DNA of 64,000 nucleotides from Pyrinomonadaceae bacterium (GCA_963779235.1 CAVZXI010000014.1:72337-136336); one strand, 5' to 3'; positions 1-9,414 are shown, counted from the first letter of the stretch. A program made the numbers and translations. Notes: a model not told the origin generated them from the letters alone.

Positions 1-271
1 GGCTTCGCTTTTTTGTTTGATTCATCTAAAACTGCCCACCCGTATGGTATTTTTGCGATGGATAAAAAATAAAAATATATTTTTAGAAACTCATCTGTGA
101 ATCATAAGTCTAATACTGCAAATAGTTTAGACTCTTTTTCGCTTTTATTTTTTTCCATCCAAGCGGGTGGCGAAATAGATTTTCCCTTAACGTATTCTTT
201 TATCGTTGAAACAAATTATTATGGTTTGTTTTCAAACTTAAACTGAGAAATAAAAAAGGAGAAATAATAAA

Positions 272-619
272 ATGAGTTTTAATGGAAAACCGGAAAAAAT
301 GCCTTTTACCAAAACTTTGATGAGAGGTATGCAAGGACCGGAAGTTAGTCAGCTTCAAATGTGGTTAAATGAAATGAATGACTATTATCAGTTCAATAAG
401 ATACAAAAAACATTGCCGGAAACAGGTTTTTATGGTGATCAAACCGTTCGAATGATAATGGCATTTCAAGCCTTTTGGAGTTATTCACCAACCGGAGTTT
501 ATGATGCGAAAACACACGACCTAATGGAATGGAAATATTACAATTATATTTCAAATAACCAAATAGCAATGCAACGCGCCAGACAAAACGCAATTATGGG
601 CAATTCAAGACATTGGTAA
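272..619 (+). CDS. Small protein with peptidoglycan-binding (PG_binding_1-like) domain
   Basis: The ORF has AGGAG about 10 nt upstream of the ATG. The stretch GPEVSQLQMWLN...ETGFYGDQTVRMIMAFQ...TGVYDAKT matches the G-x-V-x-LQ ... G-x-fG-x-T ... FQ pattern of PG-binding helices. Confidence 0.5.
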   Translation: MSFNGKPEKMPFTKTLMRGMQGPEVSQLQMWLNEMNDYYQFNKIQKTLPETGFYGDQTVRMIMAFQAFWSYSPTGVYDAKTHDLMEWKYYNYISNNQIAMQRARQNAIMGNSRHW

Positions 620-661
620 TAACTATTCTTTGGAATAATTACAATTTATCCTAAAATCATT

Positions 662-689
662 GGGCGGGATTTACATTCCGTCCTTTTTT
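662..689 (+). terminator. Putative intrinsic terminator after ORF 272..619
   Basis: Imperfect GC-rich stem gggcggga/tccgtcc with one bulge, followed by TTTTTT. Confidence 0.4.
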
Positions 690-697
690 ATCTCCGG

Positions 698-1381
698 CTA
701 CTTTTTCAGCAAAGGCTTCAAAGCCTGATAAACATTATCCGTCATAATTTTTGAGCCTTCCGCGTTGGGATGAATCCCATCAGGCTGATTGAGTTTTGGA
801 TCTGATGCTACGCCTTCGAGTATAAACGGCATAAATTCGACTTTGTGTTCGTTGGCTAAATCGGGAAACACCGCGACAAATTCGCGTTGATATTTCGCGC
901 CCATGGTTGGTGGGGCGAGCATTCCGCAAAATAAAACTTTGACATTTTTCGCCTTAGCCTTTTTGATGATCGTGCTGAGATTTTCTTTCATCTTCTCAAC
1001 CGGAAGCCCTCGCAAAAGGTCGTTTCCACCAAGTTCGAGGACAAGAATTTTCACATTTTCCTGATCGAGTGACCAATCAATTCGTTCTAGTCCGCCTGAG
1101 CTCGTATCACCGGAAATTCCCGCATTTACCACGTCATAATCGTAGCCCTCGGCGCGAAGTTTTTCTTGTAAAAGATACGGATATGACTCTTTTTCGCTCA
1201 AGCCGAACCCCGCCGTTAAACTGTCGCCAAATGCCACAATTTTCGGTTTATTAGAAACTGTGTTTGGAACTTGAACCTGTTCACGCGGTTTCTCAAACTC
1301 GCTTTTAGCCGATGAAAATCCGCACGACATTAGTAAAAATATGAAACTTAAAATTGCGATTGAACGAATAAGATTGAACAT
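698..1381 (-). CDS. tesA: SGNH/GDSL hydrolase, TesA-like thioesterase I / lysophospholipase L1
   Basis: Signal peptide, then the SGNH blocks FGDSLTAG, ISGDTS, ELGGNDLLRG and DGIHPN. It lies divergent to a ybbA/ybbP-like ABC pair, as in E. coli. Confidence 0.8.
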   Translation of the reverse strand: MFNLIRSIAILSFIFLLMSCGFSSAKSEFEKPREQVQVPNTVSNKPKIVAFGDSLTAGFGLSEKESYPYLLQEKLRAEGYDYDVVNAGISGDTSSGGLERIDWSLDQENVKILVLELGGNDLLRGLPVEKMKENLSTIIKKAKAKNVKVLFCGMLAPPTMGAKYQREFVAVFPDLANEHKVEFMPFILEGVASDPKLNQPDGIHPNAEGSKIMTDNVYQALKPLLKK

Positions 1382-1518
1382 AATTTACCAAATTTGCATT
1401 CGATAGTGTTACGAGATTAGATGCAAATTGTTGCAAAAAGTTATGGAATTTGCTCATTGATTCATTGAAAAAAAAGCAATGGGACAATGATAAAATGAAT
1501 CAATGAATCAATAATTTT

Positions 1519-2199
1519 ATGATTGAAATTAAAAATGTGACCAAAACCGTCCGTTCCGGTGCAGACGACTTGACGATTTTAACCGATGTTTCGCTGGAAA
1601 TTCCCGACGGACAATTTGTGGCTATCACGGGTGCATCGGGTAGCGGAAAATCAACCCTTTTGGGCTTAATCGCGGGGCTTGATGCGCCAAGTTCGGGGGA
1701 AATTTTGATTGACGGCGAAAGCATTACGAAAATGAGTGAAGACGGTCTGGCTCGTTTGCGAAGCGACAAACTTGGATTTGTTTTCCAATCTTTTCATCTC
1801 ATTCCGAGTTTGACTGCGTTTGAAAATATCCTGATTCCGCTAGAAATTCGCGGCGAAAAAGGCGCAAAGGAACGCGCGGCTAAACTGCTCGAAGAAGTAG
1901 ATTTAACCAATCGCGGACATCATTATCCAAACGAACTTTCGGGTGGCGAACAGCAACGTGTTGCCATTGCCCGCGCCTTTGCCAATAATCCGAAAATTTT
2001 GTTAGCCGATGAGCCAACCGGAAATCTTGATTCGCGCAACGGGCAACATATTTTTGAATTGATGACCGCACTTCACGATGATAAAAAGACGACTTTGATT
2101 TTAGTCACGCACGACCAAGAATTAGCCGAAAAAGCGGAACGGCAGATTAGGTTGCGAGACGGAAAAGTTATTTCTGACCAAGAACATTCACAGGGATAG
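1519..2199 (+). CDS. ybbA: ABC transporter ATP-binding protein (YbbA/LolD-like)
   Basis: Walker [10 protein letters not shown], signature [14 protein letters not shown], Walker [13 protein letters not shown]. Confidence 0.85.
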   Translation: MIEIKNVTKTVRSGADDLTILTDVSLEIPDGQFVAITGASGSGKSTLLGLIAGLDAPSSGEILIDGESITKMSEDGLARLRSDKLGFVFQSFHLIPSLTAFENILIPLEIRGEKGAKERAAKLLEEVDLTNRGHHYPNELSGGEQQRVAIARAFANNPKILLADEPTGNLDSRNGQHIFELMTALHDDKKTTLILVTHDQELAEKAERQIRLRDGKVISDQEHSQG

Positions 2200-2268
2200 A
2201 GGAGATGAAAAAGGATAAGAAGAAAAGAGAATCCCTATCCATCCCCTTTATCCCTGTGAAATATTTTT

Positions 2269-4794
2269 ATGCAATTTATTTTCAATTTAACCATTCGGGA
2301 AATTCGTTCATCGTGGCGGCGACTTCTATTTTTCTTTCTGTGCATTGCGATTGGGGTCGGCTCTGTCGTTGCGCTTCGCTCGTTGATTCAAAATCTTTCG
2401 CAAGCAGTTGGAACGGATGCTCGTGCGTTGTTGACGGCGGATTTTGAAATCAGTTCGACCAATATTTTTACGCCTGACGACATTTCGCGGATTGAATCGG
2501 TTATTGGTAAATCAAACCTCATCGAAGCCCGAAATGAAGCAATCACAACAGCTGCGATGGCGCGACCTTCGAGCGCGAGTCAGGAAGGCTTGCAATTTGT
2601 TGAGTTAAAAGGGATTGAGCCGCCATTTCCGTTGGTTGGAAACTTTACTTTTTCCGATGGAAAACTGTTCGAGTTTAAAAGTTTAGAAAATCGTGGCGCA
2701 GTTGTCGCACCGCTTTTACTCGAAAAATTAAACCTCAAAATCGGCGATAAAATCAAAATTGGTGAAACTGATTTTGAAATTCGCGCCACCTTTGACGAAG
2801 AGCCGGGCGGACAAAGTGGATTCCGTATCGGACCTCGCGTTTTTATCGAAAAGAAAGCGTTTGAAGAAACAGGTTTAACCCGTTCAGGCTCACGGATTCG
2901 CCGCCGAATTTTGTATCGCACTACGGACAATCCAACGCCATTGGTCAAAGAATTGCGCGAGGCTTTGAAAGGCACGATTTTAACCGTCCAAAACTACCGC
3001 GAAACGCAAGAAAATATCGGCGAACAATTTACCCGAACCGAAAATTATCTTTCTTTGACGGGACTTTTGATTTTAGTTTTAGGCGGTGTCGGTGTTTGGA
3101 ATGTGGCGCGAGTTTTTGTCGAACAAAAGCGCAAAACTATTGCCGTTTTGAAATGTTTGGGCGCGGACAGCCGGAAAGTTATTTTTGTATATCTTTTGCA
3201 AATACTTACTTTAGGTTTGGTTGGAAGTCTATTCGGAATTGTTTTGGCGCAAAATACTTTGTGGTTTGTCGGATGGCGTTTCGGTGCGGAGTTGCCCGAA
3301 AAAATGACTTACAATTTGCAACAATCCGCCGTTTTACAAGGGATGATTCTAGGCGTTTTAATCTCGCTATTATTTTCGCTTTTACCGCTTTTGCAAATTC
3401 GCCAAATCAAGCCGAGTTTGCTTTTAAGAGATACAAATAATGTTCAAATGCGCCGGCTTGATTGGACAAAAACGCTGTTTGCGCTTTTCACACTTTCGGG
3501 AATTTTAGGCATTGCAATTTGGCAAGCGGGTTCGTGGAAAGTTGGCACGGCGTTTTTGATTGGATTGGGCGTAACTGCGGCAATTCTTTATGTTGCGGCA
3601 ATGCTTTTGACCAAACTACTGCGAAATTTGAAGAAGTTTTCTTCTTTTTCAATCTCGCAAGCCGTCAATTCGCTCTATCGTCCGGGCAATCAAACACGAA
3701 TCGTTTTGCTTGCGGTTGGACTTGGCGCATTTGTCGTGATTGCTGTCCAATCTCTGCAAGCAAATCTTGTTCGAGAGTTCGATTTTTCGCGCAATCAGAC
3801 CTTGCCAAATCTGTTTATGGTTGACATTCAGCGCAGTCAAATCGAAGGCGTTAAACAACTTAGCCAAGCCGTCACGAACGAAGAATTAAAAGCTGTTCCA
3901 ACAGTGCGAACTCGAATTGCATTAGTTGATGGTGGTGCGCCCGATTATCAACAAAAAGAAGTGCGCCAACAACAAGGGCAAATTGGGCGTGAATTTGCGG
4001 TGACTTATCGCCCCAAATTGGACGAAAACGAAACGATAATTGCTGGCAAATGGTGGGATGAAACGCCGAGCGCAGAAACTGAAGTTTCAGTCGTGGACGA
4101 TATGGCTCGATTGCTCAAAGTCGGAATCGGAAGCGTGATAACTTTCGACGTTTTGGGCAGAAAAATCAACGCCAAAGTGACCAGCGTTCGCAAAATTGAC
4201 GTGCGAAATACGAGAACTGTTTTTATGTTTGTTTTTCGTCCCGGCGCACTCGAAACTGCGCCGCAAACCTTTGCGCTACCGCTAATTAACAAAATCCCCA
4301 CAGTTGAACGCGCACGTTTTCAACGCAGAGTAATAGACGCTTTTCCAAACGTGCAGATTTTTGATGTTCAAGACATTTTGACCACCGTCACGAAACTTAT
4401 TAATAATTTCGTTTTAGCAATTTCTTTTGTCGGAAGTTTTGTCATGCTGACGGGAATTTTGATTCTGATTGGCTCGGTTTCGCTGACCAAATCACAGCGG
4501 ATTTACGAAAATGCAATTTTGAAAACTCTCGGAGCAAAACGTGGAAGTTTGCTGACGATTCTTTTTACCGAATACGCAATTTTAGGACTTTTGGCTGGCA
4601 TCATTGGCGCATTTTTTGCAACCTTGATGTCGTTTGTTGTGACGAAATATATTTTGGAATTTGATTGGGAATTCGATTGGTTGTTAGTGACTTTAGGAGT
4701 TTTGATAACTGCTCTGTTAGTAACAGTTATCGGAACTCTGGCAAGTTTTGACGTGCTGTTTAAGAAGCCACTTTCGATTTTGCGCTCACAATAA
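2269..4794 (+). CDS. ybbP: FtsX/MacB-type ABC permease with duplicated architecture (YbbP-like)
   Basis: 841 aa with two TM bundles and large extracytoplasmic loops. It directly follows the ATPase. The C-terminal FtsX-like segment reads ILKTLGAKRGSLL... Confidence 0.8.
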   Translation: MQFIFNLTIREIRSSWRRLLFFFLCIAIGVGSVVALRSLIQNLSQAVGTDARALLTADFEISSTNIFTPDDISRIESVIGKSNLIEARNEAITTAAMARPSSASQEGLQFVELKGIEPPFPLVGNFTFSDGKLFEFKSLENRGAVVAPLLLEKLNLKIGDKIKIGETDFEIRATFDEEPGGQSGFRIGPRVFIEKKAFEETGLTRSGSRIRRRILYRTTDNPTPLVKELREALKGTILTVQNYRETQENIGEQFTRTENYLSLTGLLILVLGGVGVWNVARVFVEQKRKTIAVLKCLGADSRKVIFVYLLQILTLGLVGSLFGIVLAQNTLWFVGWRFGAELPEKMTYNLQQSAVLQGMILGVLISLLFSLLPLLQIRQIKPSLLLRDTNNVQMRRLDWTKTLFALFTLSGILGIAIWQAGSWKVGTAFLIGLGVTAAILYVAAMLLTKLLRNLKKFSSFSISQAVNSLYRPGNQTRIVLLAVGLGAFVVIAVQSLQANLVREFDFSRNQTLPNLFMVDIQRSQIEGVKQLSQAVTNEELKAVPTVRTRIALVDGGAPDYQQKEVRQQQGQIGREFAVTYRPKLDENETIIAGKWWDETPSAETEVSVVDDMARLLKVGIGSVITFDVLGRKINAKVTSVRKIDVRNTRTVFMFVFRPGALETAPQTFALPLINKIPTVERARFQRRVIDAFPNVQIFDVQDILTTVTKLINNFVLAISFVGSFVMLTGILILIGSVSLTKSQRIYENAILKTLGAKRGSLLTILFTEYAILGLLAGIIGAFFATLMSFVVTKYILEFDWEFDWLLVTLGVLITALLVTVIGTLASFDVLFKKPLSILRSQ

Positions 4795-4797
4795 AAA

Positions 4798-4913
4798 ATT
4801 TCAGATTTCAAATTTCAGATTCCAAATTAGAGGGTGATTCCAGATTTCAAATTTCAAATTGGAAGACAAAAAATAATCTGAAATCTGAAATCTAGAATCT
4901 GGAATCTGAAATT
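4798..4913. repeat. Heptamer-periodic palindromic element filling the convergent intergenic gap
   Basis: Tandem heptamers TCAGATT/TCAAATT run at 4801-4828 and 4840-4860. They face 5.5 tandem copies of the exact reverse complement AATCTGA at 4875-4913. Confidence 0.85.
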
Positions 4914-4917
4914 CAAG

Positions 4918-6273
4918 CTATTCTTTAGGGTAATCAAACGGATGATTTGCCAGCATTGTTCGCATATTAACCTGTCCAAGTAAGGTTTCAAGATACGCGC
5001 CAAAACGATGCAGAATTGGGGAGAGGTCATTTTTATTGGTGGTTCTGAGGACTTCTTCAGCAAATCTTTCTACCGTCTCACAGTCTTTATAAAACAAATA
5101 TCGCAAATTTTCTTTGAGAAAATCATTGAGTTTTTCGTGCAAAGCGTTCATCACATATTCGCTGGATTCTTGTTCGGCTCGCTGAACTTCTTGTTGCATA
5201 CTCCATAAATTCTTGCGTAAAGCTAAAGATTGCTCCAATTTAGTCTGAAAATTTGGAAAGATTTTGTTTGGCTTAACACTTGGCTCAATCAGTTGTGCAA
5301 AATTAACTAAAGTTTGTTGGAATGAATCATTGAGCAAGGCGTAAGAAGTCTCAACTTTGGCAAAAATTCGCGGTGCTTGGCGAATTTCGGTCAATCCCGC
5401 CAATTCGTAATTAAAAACTTTCCGCGATTCAATCGAAGCGGCGTAAATGGTTGCGTCTAAGGCTTCAAAAATCGGGTCGCTTTCATTCGGAAAACGTAAC
5501 AGACGATTGCTGATATAACTCATCATCTCTTGCGTTTGCTCATAAATGCGGGCGAAAAGTAAAAGCGTATTTTTGAGTGGTTCGTCTTTTTGGCGCATTT
5601 CGTTAATCACGTCCAACCATTTCAAAATCTTGGCAATGCGTGGCAAAATGATGCGTAAATCCGCCTCAACCGCAAAAGGAATGGGCTTATTTTCCAAAAT
5701 CTTTTGCAATTCAACGGGCAAAAATTTTTCTCCGTCTTTTTCTGCCAGCCAAATTATTTTTTGAATTACTTCAACCTGTTTCAATTTATCGGTCAAAACA
5801 TTGGTCCACGCGATCCATTCGCCAAATTTTAATGGCTCAGAACGCAATAAGGCTTCATTGAGCAAAATCGAATGTTTTAAAACTTCCGCCAGTTCGGACA
5901 TCTCTTCAAAAGTAAAATCTAAAGAAGTTTGAGCAATCGAATCGTCATTTTTCGCAGTTCCATACTTTTGGTCACCCAAAGTTTTTAAGAGTTGTAGCGT
6001 CAGTTTTGAGCAAAGCAAAAGTGCTGTATTGGTTAAATGAAATTCTCTGGTCCAATCCCGAATGGAGGCTTTGGCGCGATTGTTATCGCCAAAGGAATAG
6101 TTGCGGATTTGTAGGAAACTGGCTAAGCCGGATAACCAAACCCCAAGCCGGATGGCTCCGTCGCTGGTTGAAACAATCGGCGTAGTCAGGAAGACTTTCT
6201 CGCTTTGGACAGAACTTGGCTGAACTAGGCTATTTGAATTTAATGTTGTATCTGAGGATACGATTGCGTCCAA
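4918..6273 (-). CDS. Hypothetical protein (451 aa, apparently all-helical)
   Basis: Long uninterrupted ORF. I recognised no motif. Confidence 0.5.
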   Translation of the reverse strand: MDAIVSSDTTLNSNSLVQPSSVQSEKVFLTTPIVSTSDGAIRLGVWLSGLASFLQIRNYSFGDNNRAKASIRDWTREFHLTNTALLLCSKLTLQLLKTLGDQKYGTAKNDDSIAQTSLDFTFEEMSELAEVLKHSILLNEALLRSEPLKFGEWIAWTNVLTDKLKQVEVIQKIIWLAEKDGEKFLPVELQKILENKPIPFAVEADLRIILPRIAKILKWLDVINEMRQKDEPLKNTLLLFARIYEQTQEMMSYISNRLLRFPNESDPIFEALDATIYAASIESRKVFNYELAGLTEIRQAPRIFAKVETSYALLNDSFQQTLVNFAQLIEPSVKPNKIFPNFQTKLEQSLALRKNLWSMQQEVQRAEQESSEYVMNALHEKLNDFLKENLRYLFYKDCETVERFAEEVLRTTNKNDLSPILHRFGAYLETLLGQVNMRTMLANHPFDYPKE

Positions 6274-6424
6274 GATAGGGATCCTCTCAATTAAAGTTAG
6301 CAGGTTTAAAACAGGCGGCGTGCGCGGAAAACTCCGCTATTAAATTTATAACTTGAAAGCCCTGTAATTGCAAGGAAAATAATCTTTTTGTGTAAAATAG
6401 AATTTTGCTGAAGAATAAATCAAA

Positions 6425-7024
6425 ATGAATTTAGAATTGCTGGTTGCCACTAAAAACGTTGGCAAAATCAAAGAACTTAACCAACTTTTAGCCGATTTGC
6501 CACTCACTCTACATAGCGCAGATGAATTTGAAGATATTCCCGAACCCGAAGAGACGGGCGAAACTTTTACTGACAATGCCATTTTAAAAGCACGATATTA
6601 TGCTGAAAAAACAGGTTTGATAGCTCTGGCAGACGATTCCGGCTTAGTAGTTGATGCCCTTGACGGTGCTCCCGGAGTTTTTTCTGCCCGATATGCGGGC
6701 GCAAACGCGACAAACGAAGAAAAAATTGCTAAATTATTAAATGAATTGAACAAAACGCAGGACAAGGCGCGAATTGCCCGATTTGTCTGCGCAATGGCAA
6801 TTGCCGATAAAAACGGTGAAATCATAAAAATTGCCGAAGGTATTTGCGAAGGCAAAATTGCTTGGCAAGCAAGAGGAACGAATGGATTTGGCTACGATCC
6901 GATTTTTATTCCAGTCGGATTTTCTGAGAGTTTTGGCGAGCTTTCTGACCAAATTAAGCATAAAATCAGCCATCGCGCCCTTGCTATTCGTAAAATAATT
7001 GAGTTTTTACGCATTTTAGCTTGA
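6425..7024 (+). CDS. rdgB: Non-canonical purine NTP pyrophosphatase (RdgB/HAM1 family)
   Basis: Motifs ATKNVGKIKE, DDSGLVVDALDGAPGVFSARYAG, GFGYDPIF and SHRALA. Confidence 0.85.
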   Translation: MNLELLVATKNVGKIKELNQLLADLPLTLHSADEFEDIPEPEETGETFTDNAILKARYYAEKTGLIALADDSGLVVDALDGAPGVFSARYAGANATNEEKIAKLLNELNKTQDKARIARFVCAMAIADKNGEIIKIAEGICEGKIAWQARGTNGFGYDPIFIPVGFSESFGELSDQIKHKISHRALAIRKIIEFLRILA

Positions 7025-7095
7025 TTTCACTTGACCTTCGCCTTTTTCGCTTGTAAAATTCGCCACTTGTTAGCAGTTTCTTCAGTGAAACAATT

Positions 7096-7172
7096 CGGGG
7101 CGTGGCTCAGCTTGGTAGAGCGCTCGGTTTGGGACCGAGAGGTCGCAAGTTCGAATCTTGCCGCCCCGACCA
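7096..7172 (+). tRNA. tRNA-Pro (anticodon UGG), CCA encoded
   Basis: Hand-folded cloverleaf: acceptor cggggcg/cgccccg, D stem gctc/gagc, anticodon stem ctcgg/ccgag with loop ttTGGga, T stem gcaag/cttgc with ttcgaat, discriminator A, then CCA. Confidence 0.9.
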
Positions 7173-7289
7173 ATCCTAAAAAAATTGGAATGATGCAGCC
7201 CCTATTTGAACGTTTGCATTTTAGCAAATAATGTTTTATTGATTATTAAGTCTATTTTCTCAAAAATTTTTGGAGGTTAAATTTAAATT

Positions 7290-7580
7290 ATGGCTTCAAC
7301 GAAGCGTATGACACAAACTGAAATCATCAGCCACTTGGCAGATAAAACCGGAATCAAAAAAACCGATGCGAAAGAATTTTTCAATGCTTTAGCTGGTCTT
7401 GCGGCTAGCGAAGTAAAAACAAATGGAGAATTTACTCTTCCCGGATTCGGCAAATTGGTGAAAGCCACCCGTAAGGCGCGTGACGGACGCAACCCTGCAA
7501 CCGGCGCAACCATTAAGATTCCTGCCAAAACTACTGTTAAATTCCGTGTCGGTAAATCAATGAAAGATTCTATCGGCTAA
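7290..7580 (+). CDS. hup: HU family nucleoid-associated DNA-binding protein
   Basis: 96 aa with MTQTEII..., GFGKL..., RKARDGRNPATGATIKIPAKTTVKFRVGK (the HU/IHF arm). Confidence 0.85.
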   Translation: MASTKRMTQTEIISHLADKTGIKKTDAKEFFNALAGLAASEVKTNGEFTLPGFGKLVKATRKARDGRNPATGATIKIPAKTTVKFRVGKSMKDSIG

Positions 7581-7602
7581 GAATTTCCTAATTAAACTTA
7601 AA

Positions 7603-7633
7603 AAGACCGTTGTAGTTTGGCGGTCTTTTTTTT
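7603..7633 (+). terminator. Intrinsic terminator after hup
   Basis: Stem aagaccg/cggtctt followed by a T-run. Confidence 0.6.
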
Positions 7634-7828
7634 ATTTTTCCAAGACTTTGAGAAAAAAGTTACAAGCGTAAAAAAAAGTAGTGACAAAATGTTAAAAATT
7701 TGTTACGATTTCTCTTTGATTTGCTAAATAAATAGTTTTCCGAAGACTTTGTTGACAACGTTTTACTTATTTTATTCAACTAATGCACTTCGGAAAAACA
7801 CTTGATTTTTTAAAGTTTTTCTATAACC

Positions 7829-7859
7829 GCTGTTATTCAAGCGAATAGCAGTTTTTTTT
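7829..7859 (+). terminator. Hairpin plus T8 located just upstream of the RBS of ORF 7883
   Basis: Stem ctgttattc / gaatagcag (one G-U pair), loop aagc, then TTTTTTTT. The aagggggag RBS lies about 10 nt downstream. Confidence 0.5.
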
Positions 7860-7882
7860 AAAATACGAAGGGGGAGTATAAA

Positions 7883-8131
7883 GTGGCAGCAGCTAAACCA
7901 ATGACATTGCAAGACAGAATTTTGCAAATTGACCATATCCAAGCACGTCGTTATTCAAAATTAGGCGGCGTAACCTTGGAGATTGCATCAGAAGGAATTA
8001 TCAGACATCTTCGGGCTTGTGCGCGAATGGACGTAAATCCTGATGCTTCAGCCGTCAGAGAAATTATTGACGATGCTTTAAACGGAAGAAGAGTATTTGC
8101 CGAAACATCAAATGATCTTCTTGCCGCATAA
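7883..8131 (+). CDS. Hypothetical small protein (82 aa, GTG start)
   Basis: ORF with a strong GGGGGAG RBS and its own terminator. No recognisable motif. Confidence 0.4.
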   Translation: MAAAKPMTLQDRILQIDHIQARRYSKLGGVTLEIASEGIIRHLRACARMDVNPDASAVREIIDDALNGRRVFAETSNDLLAA

Positions 8132-8167
8132 GTTTTATTTTACGCATATTTGTTTTTAGTATATTTT

Positions 8168-8196
8168 GACCGCCAATTGAGGCGGTCTTTTTTTTT
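8168..8196 (+). terminator. Intrinsic terminator after ORF 7883..8131
   Basis: Perfect stem gaccgcc/ggcggtc, loop aattga, T9 run. Confidence 0.7.
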
Positions 8197-8314
8197 GAAT
8201 ATTAAAAAAAATCTACGAATCTATTTGAAATTTTAGGCGTATTAGGTTTATGTTAGTAATGTAGCCGTTCGGATTGAGCGGTGAAAATTTAGAACACGAG
8301 GAGTGTTAGAGAAA

Positions 8315-9352
8315 ATGAAATATACACACGCAATCGTCATCGGACGATTTCAACCATTCCATTCCGCGCATCAAGATTTAATCCAATACAGTTTAACGCT
8401 TGCCGAAAAAGTCATTGTCATTCTTGGCTCGGCTCGAAGTGCGTCTGATGTCAAAAATCCTTTCACGCCCACAATGCGTGAGGAAATGATTCGGGCTTGT
8501 TTTCCGGTTGAAAGTAAAAGGCTTATCTTTTGCGCTGTCCGCGATTATCCGTATAACGACCATTATTGGACAACTGAAATTCAAAACGTCGTGAACGAAG
8601 AAATTGAAGACGAAACGGATGCAAAAGTTTGTATGGTCGGATTTTTCAAAGACCGCAGTTCATATTATTTGAACCTCTTTCCACAATGGAGTTTTGAAGA
8701 ATTCTATTGCAAAAACAAAGAGAATTTGAAAATCAACGCAACTGAAATCCGCGAGAAATATTTCGCGGATGATGAGACTTGGAAAACGCAAGTTCCGACA
8801 TCAATCGCTACACAATTAGACGTTTTCAAACAAACCAAAGACTTTGCAGTTTTACAAACAGAATCAGCGTATATCAAACAATACAAAGAAGATACAAAGT
8901 TTGTCGGCGTTCCATATAAACCAATTTTCGTGACTACGGATGCGGTTGTCGTCCAAAGCGGGCATATTTTGGTTATCCGGCGCGGACATCAGCCGGGCAA
9001 AGGTTTGCTGGCACTTCCGGGCGGATTTTTGCAGCCCGAATTAACGCTTGAAGACAATGCCATCAAAGAATTAAAAGAGGAAACCAACATCAAAGTTCCC
9101 GCCCAAGTTCTGCGCGGAAGCATCAAAACTAGCCGTCCGTTTGATTATCCCGAACGCTCCGCACGCGGGCGAACCGTAACATTTGCTTACTTTATCGAAC
9201 TTGAACCAAGTTTGAAAGACGGTTTGCCAAAGGTCAAAGGCGGTGATGATGCCGCAAAAGCATTTTGGTTGCCGTTATCGGCTTTGGGCGAAAATGAGGA
9301 TAAGTTTTTCGAGGATCATCTGTCCATTATTCGGACGATGTTAGGATTTTAA
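8315..9352 (+). CDS. nadM: Bifunctional NMN adenylyltransferase / Nudix (ADP-ribose pyrophosphatase-type) protein, NadM-Nudix
   Basis: N-terminal IVIGRFQPFHSAH nucleotidyltransferase motif. C-terminal Nudix box GGFLQPELTLEDNAIKELKEETNI. I prefer the ATG at 8315 (GGAG upstream) over the GTG at 8303. Confidence 0.8.
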   Translation: MKYTHAIVIGRFQPFHSAHQDLIQYSLTLAEKVIVILGSARSASDVKNPFTPTMREEMIRACFPVESKRLIFCAVRDYPYNDHYWTTEIQNVVNEEIEDETDAKVCMVGFFKDRSSYYLNLFPQWSFEEFYCKNKENLKINATEIREKYFADDETWKTQVPTSIATQLDVFKQTKDFAVLQTESAYIKQYKEDTKFVGVPYKPIFVTTDAVVVQSGHILVIRRGHQPGKGLLALPGGFLQPELTLEDNAIKELKEETNIKVPAQVLRGSIKTSRPFDYPERSARGRTVTFAYFIELEPSLKDGLPKVKGGDDAAKAFWLPLSALGENEDKFFEDHLSIIRTMLGF

Positions 9353-9358
9353 TTTCAA

Positions 9359-9414
9359 CACATAGGAACATAGAACAAATAAGGATTTTCTATATTTCCT
9401 ATGTTTCTATGTGG
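9359..9414. repeat. Compact palindrome (CACATAG variant of the CACAGAG family) between nadM and NADAR
   Basis: cacataggaacatagaac faces ttcctatgtttctatgtgg (16 of 18 complementary) across an 18-19 nt loop. Confidence 0.6.

Noticed and set aside
1-25. A possible minus-strand gene start (ATG at 25-23, MNQTKKRS...) running out of the window.
   Set aside because: Only 8 codons are visible, which is not enough to support a feature.
35-171. The inverted 8-9 nt match gcccacccg (35-43) / gcgggtggc (163-171) as a structured element.
   Set aside because: It is short, imperfect and about 120 nt apart, which is consistent with chance.
4798-4913. A CRISPR array suggested by the regular short repeats here and at 13327-13420 and 58971-59046.
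   Set aside because: The repeat period is only 7 nt with no unique spacers, the arms are inverted copies of each other, and there are no cas genes in the window.
7027-7231. Two 66-aa ORFs on opposite strands overlapping 7096-7172.
   Set aside because: They overlap a well-folding tRNA-Pro gene and are spurious.
8197-8314. An NAD-responsive riboswitch (nadA motif) or NrtR operator upstream of nadM.
   Set aside because: I saw no recognisable tandem-domain nadA-motif sequence and no clear palindromic operator. This is unverified without a covariance-model or motif scan.
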